Shown here: positions 44,414 to 48,033 of the stretch, one piece after another
How positions within the stretch are numbered: the first letter of the stretch is position 1
Layout: each line of letters opens with the position of its first letter
From: a virus
Lineage: Duplodnaviria > Caudoviricetes
Length of the DNA: 48,033 nucleotides
Strand: one strand, 5' to 3'
Virus record (IMG/VR): IMGVR_UViG_3300020042_006956
Span: 1 to 48,033 of that record
Position numbers and translations under genes: made by a program
The notes under the pieces: generated by a model
Told to the model about the DNA's origin: nothing
Seen by the model: the letters and a program-made list of their open reading frames with translations, nothing else
Database searches by the model: none

Positions 44414-45928
44414 TTAATCTCCTAATAATTTTCTTTTCAATGTAATTGTTTTGGTACTGTTTAATTCATCAATTGCCTTTTGTCCAAATCTTTCTTGCAT
44501 CAGATTCAAATACTTTGGACTAGAGTGATATGTATCCCATGCTTTATCACGGAATCCTAGAATCTCTGCCGAGGTTAAATGTTGATTCGATAGATTCAAA
44601 GTATCGTAAGAATGTTGACTGTACCCAGAATATGTTGTGGGTAAATCTAAGTTAAACAACTTTGCTTGTTTGTGTAATGGACTACCGGGATATGCCATAG
44701 CAGAATAGAAGTTAGCCATTTCTGTAGGGTTCTCCATTGCAAAATCTAAAGTTGCTTGCATAGTTTCTTTAGTATCATATGGTAAACCAAAAATATAATT
44801 ACCACCAACATTGATACCAGCTTCACGAATCATGCGAATCAAATCTAATACTTTGACATCTTGGAAACCATCTTTATGAATCTCTTTACGTAAAGTATTA
44901 TTAGGATTCTCGATTCCTAATCCTAACCATTTAACACCCGCTTTAGCAAGCTTATCAAGATACTTCGGCTTACATGTATCTACACGTGAGTATGCCCAAA
45001 TATTAAAATCATACCCACGTTCAATAATCAAATCACAGATAGCTTCAAAGTGTCTTGGATTAAGAACAAATAACTCATCCGCAATTTTAACATTACGTAC
45101 ACCTTGTGCTGCAATATGATCAAACTGTTTGATAATAAATTCTGGAGACCAGAAACGAAACACGTTACTATCTTCACTAGTGATATGACTTCCTTGTTGT
45201 GTACGATTGATGATATTGATCATACAGAATGAGCAACGATAAGGACAACCTAAACTAGTATACAATGCAGCAAAAGGTTCTTTCTCCGAATCGTTTGACC
45301 ATGAATGCCAACCTGCTGTACGATATTTACTCAATGGTGGAAGCAAATCCCAAGCCATACCGGGCAAATCAGTTTCTAAGTTTTCTTTAGATACGATACC
45401 TGAAGGCTTATTCATGATTACATGACCATCTCTATTACGGAAAACTAAGCCATCAACTTTTTCTAATTGCGAATCTTCTAGTTTAGTAACATTTAATAGT
45501 GCATGTAATGTGTACACACCTTCATTTTGACATACTGCATCAATAGATGATTCAGCTTTCATTGTTTCCATTGGAAGTGCTGCAACATGTCCACCAACAA
45601 ACACAACAAATGTATCTGGTGAAAGTCTTTTCAATTCGTTTGCTGTAGCAACTGCACCTTCCATGTTTTGTGACGATGCAGAAGGCTGTTGACCATAAAC
45701 AACAAAGCAAACAATCTTGGTTCGGTATTCAGTAATGCGTTGTGCAGCAGATAGGTAATCTAATCTCTCTGCTTCGGCATCTAAAATTTCAGGACGAAAC
45801 CCTTTAGTACGAACACTATTGGCAAGCATAGCAGCCCAGATAGGAGGTTCAATTGCGGAGTTATTTTTAGCAAGACCTTGATAAATTTTTTCAGATGCGT
45901 TAGGATGTACAAATAATATATCAGTCAT
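44414..45928 (-). CDS. Cobalamin-binding radical SAM enzyme
   Basis: N-terminal B12-binding-like domain (EPP, VGGH, NEG); SLGCPYRCSFC; DELF, GIEN, IFGLP, YPGS; start moved to MTDILF. Confidence 0.88.
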   Translation of the reverse strand: MTDILFVHPNASEKIYQGLAKNNSAIEPPIWAAMLANSVRTKGFRPEILDAEAERLDYLSAAQRITEYRTKIVCFVVYGQQPSASSQNMEGAVATANELKRLSPDTFVVFVGGHVAALPMETMKAESSIDAVCQNEGVYTLHALLNVTKLEDSQLEKVDGLVFRNRDGHVIMNKPSGIVSKENLETDLPGMAWDLLPPLSKYRTAGWHSWSNDSEKEPFAALYTSLGCPYRCSFCMINIINRTQQGSHITSEDSNVFRFWSPEFIIKQFDHIAAQGVRNVKIADELFVLNPRHFEAICDLIIERGYDFNIWAYSRVDTCKPKYLDKLAKAGVKWLGLGIENPNNTLRKEIHKDGFQDVKVLDLIRMIREAGINVGGNYIFGLPYDTKETMQATLDFAMENPTEMANFYSAMAYPGSPLHKQAKLFNLDLPTTYSGYSQHSYDTLNLSNQHLTSAEILGFRDKAWDTYHSSPKYLNLMQERFGQKAIDELNSTKTITLKRKLLGD

Positions 45929-46403
45929 AATTTTTTCCAATAAGGGTAGACCAGTCATGTATGTCAATAGAATTAATAGCTGTAACGTTTTTAAATGGAC
46001 TCAATGCATTTAGATTTTTTAAACTATCATCATAAAATATAATTCTTTCTTCTATGTCTCTAATTGATTCTGCTTTATTATATGTTTTATAATCTAAAAT
46101 TTGCATACCGTTAAAGTAATCATAAATTTTAAATAGACGCAACATACGAATAGAGGGTTGAAAATCAAAAGGTAAGTTTACGTATTGACCAGCCGAAACA
46201 AATCCTACATCATGATTTTCACTTCTTAGATATTCTAGATACTCTTTTACACCTTTACGTAAAGTACATTTAGAATATACATCATCGGTTATTATATCAT
46301 CTTTTATAAGATATGGTGGCACTAATTGTTTTGCCCAAATAGAATTGCCGTGTTTATCTGCCGTGTCCCACAAAGTAATATCGAGATCAAACAGATATAT
46401 CAT
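45921..46403 (-). CDS. HAD phosphatase, MDP-1-like
   Basis: LFDLDITLWD, FVSA, K, IFYDDS. Confidence 0.8.
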   Translation of the reverse strand: MIYLFDLDITLWDTADKHGNSIWAKQLVPPYLIKDDIITDDVYSKCTLRKGVKEYLEYLRSENHDVGFVSAGQYVNLPFDFQPSIRMLRLFKIYDYFNGMQILDYKTYNKAESIRDIEERIIFYDDSLKNLNALSPFKNVTAINSIDIHDWSTLIGKNYD

Positions 46404-47059
46404 TAGTCGGCTTTCATAATATGAATCATTGTAGTTCCGGTATCTATTTCAAATGCTCTGGCTAAACGTGCTAATGTTTCACCATCGATAACATCTCCGG
46501 GCCACAATACTTTTTGTTGTTTATCGGTAACTATACCACCATTTGTGACAACAAAAATTTCATTCTCTTTTGCACCTAGTATTTGTTCTTTATCTACTAT
46601 CTGTACATGAGTTACATAACAGCCATTGATTTCTTGTACTACGGGTGTAGGTGCTTCATTGATCCAAAAACATGAATCGTCTTTAGGTGTGTGAAAACTC
46701 TTACCTTCATATTCTGTACCTGCACGACCATAAGCATCCTCTAAACGAACTAGATCGTGTTTATCTTCTGGCGTTTCAATTTCAAATATGAATGAATCGG
46801 TAATAGCTTTAGTTGAATGAAAACGTGAACGGAATATGTGGATTTTATTCAGACCTTCTATATCAACAGAATTACGAAGGAATGATAACTTTGCTTTTCC
46901 TTCTAGTACAACAAATCCAGTATTCTTTTTTGGATGGCAGTGCATCGAGGTTTCTTTATCTTTCTCAATATGCAAGTACCAAATTGCAACCTCTGAGTTA
47001 CGATAACAAAGATATTCTTTACCCCAAGGCTTTTTTACTACAATGTCAGTATAGTCCAT
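46403..47059 (-). CDS. Cupin-domain protein (mannose-6-phosphate-isomerase-like)
   Basis: KKPWGKEY, TSMHCHPKK, FHS, EIETP, DLVRLEDAYGR. Confidence 0.75.
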   Translation of the reverse strand: MDYTDIVVKKPWGKEYLCYRNSEVAIWYLHIEKDKETSMHCHPKKNTGFVVLEGKAKLSFLRNSVDIEGLNKIHIFRSRFHSTKAITDSFIFEIETPEDKHDLVRLEDAYGRAGTEYEGKSFHTPKDDSCFWINEAPTPVVQEINGCYVTHVQIVDKEQILGAKENEIFVVTNGGIVTDKQQKVLWPGDVIDGETLARLARAFEIDTGTTMIHIMKAD

Positions 47060-47072
47060 AACAAATTATTCC

Positions 47073-47489
47073 TCAATGTAACGTTCGATTTTTCATTTCT
47101 TCCAAACGTTCGGTTAGTTCTTCTGTAAATTCGTTCATCTCTTCCGCATCTTCTTCCTCTTGTTCTGCAAACGACTTTAACAGATCCTCAGATTCTAATG
47201 CATCTAATAATGCTTTATTTACTAAGTTTTCATAGTATTCTATCATACTATCTTTAGGTTCCATTACCGTGATAATATCTTCCAGATATATGATAGCAGA
47301 ATCTTCTTTGATCAATTCTACTGGTAACCAATGCAGCATCATCATAACTGATTGTCCATTTGGTAATCTACGAAAGATTAATTTCATAGGAGCATCTATC
47401 ATAACAGAATCTTGATCCTCTTCAATAATATTAGCTACAATATCCTCACCAGTTTGCAGTCTTATTATTTTTATATTCTGTTTATTCAT
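47073..47489 (-). CDS. Conserved hypothetical protein downstream of uvsW (Sm-like N-terminus, acidic tail)
   Basis: IKIIRLQTGEDIVA, WLP, acidic C-terminus ending TLH. Confidence 0.65.
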   Translation of the reverse strand: MNKQNIKIIRLQTGEDIVANIIEEDQDSVMIDAPMKLIFRRLPNGQSVMMMLHWLPVELIKEDSAIIYLEDIITVMEPKDSMIEYYENLVNKALLDALESEDLLKSFAEQEEEDAEEMNEFTEELTERLEEMKNRTLH

Positions 47490-48033
47490 TGATATCTATC
47501 TCTATGTTGTAGAACTTATATTGGAATTTTTCCTCGTCATATATTTTAACACGTTCAATGAAATGATTCAAGGTAAAATTAACATGTTTACCAATGCGAA
47601 AATCGTCTGATATATCAAATAACACAGCTTGCTTTTTATTATCCCCAACTCTTAATCCTCTACCTATCGACTGTAAGTTACGAATACGTGACTTAGAGGG
47701 GGATGCAAATATAACGTTGTGGAGATTACGTATGTTGATGCCAGTAGAAAAGGTACCATAAGAAGCCACAATAATAGCATCATTTTCTTTTTCTGTAATC
47801 TCTCTAACAGATTCACGAATTTCAACTTCAGTTCCGCCATGTACAAAAAATACTTGACGTTTACCTGCATCTTTGCGTATAGATTCATAAAGTACTTTTC
47901 CGTGCTTCTCAACAAATTGAAATAGTATAAGAGAATTTCCCTCTAACGATAAAGTAAGTTTCTTAATAAATTCATTTCTCTGCTTGCTTAATACTATATA
48001 TTGCATCTCAGTTTGATAGTCCCAAGACCTAGC
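47482..48033 (-). CDS. uvsW: DNA helicase UvsW, C-terminal part (5' end outside window)
   Basis: IIVASYGTFSTGINIRNLHNVIFASPSKS, QSIGRGLR; frame open to the window edge. Confidence 0.93.
   Translation of the reverse strand, partial: ARSWDYQTEMQYIVLSKQRNEFIKKLTLSLEGNSLILFQFVEKHGKVLYESIRKDAGKRQVFFVHGGTEVEIRESVREITEKENDAIIVASYGTFSTGINIRNLHNVIFASPSKSRIRNLQSIGRGLRVGDNKKQAVLFDISDDFRIGKHVNFTLNHFIERVKIYDEEKFQYKFYNIEIDINE

Noticed and set aside
873-47925. All + strand ORFs and the short alternative-frame minus ORFs in the track
   Set aside because: They are shadows of well-supported minus-strand genes and have no recognisable motifs or SD/promoter context.
1-48033. tRNA, rRNA, CRISPR arrays, introns, inteins, transposases
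   Set aside because: Intergenic gaps are short and none showed such structure by eye; gp43, gp41, gp46 and uvsX have normal lengths. tRNAscan or Infernal would be needed to confirm absence.

Overview
AT-rich window from a T4-like (Tevenvirinae/Kyanoviridae-like, probably uncultured aquatic) myovirus genome. All credible genes are on the minus strand. The conserved core is uvsW (partial), gp55, gp47, gp46, gp45, gp44, gp62, regA, gp43, uvsX and gp41, plus hsp20, dCMP deaminase, a GH19 endolysin and a CobS/CobT-like AAA+/VWA pair. Four accessory modules stand out. (1) 3071-9602: an eight-gene operon built round a sedoheptulose-7-phosphate cyclase with EEVS (ValA-type) diagnostic residues, plus kinase, nucleotidyltransferase, SDR, O-methyltransferase and three glycosyltransferase-like genes. 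It looks like a viral NDP-C7-cyclitol (pseudosugar) pathway inside a late transcription unit. (2) 31598-34291: a CmoA-like protein, a C5-cytosine transferase with motif X Asn->Arg, and a glutaminase-less asparagine-synthetase-like ligase, suggesting carboxymethyl-cytosine DNA hypermodification. (3) 38250-47059: a ten-gene unusual-sugar cassette (ColD-type dehydratase, HddA kinase, ThDP pair, B12 radical SAM and others) between uvsW and gp55, facing a strong antisense promoter. (4) Several late proteins with T4 capsid-targeting-like N-termini that carry ligase-like, HAD, kinase and nucleotidyltransferase domains. Also seen: a ROSE-like RNA thermometer on hsp20 and a peptide deformylase broken by one in-frame TAA. 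All family calls are by-eye motif recognition; no database search was run.
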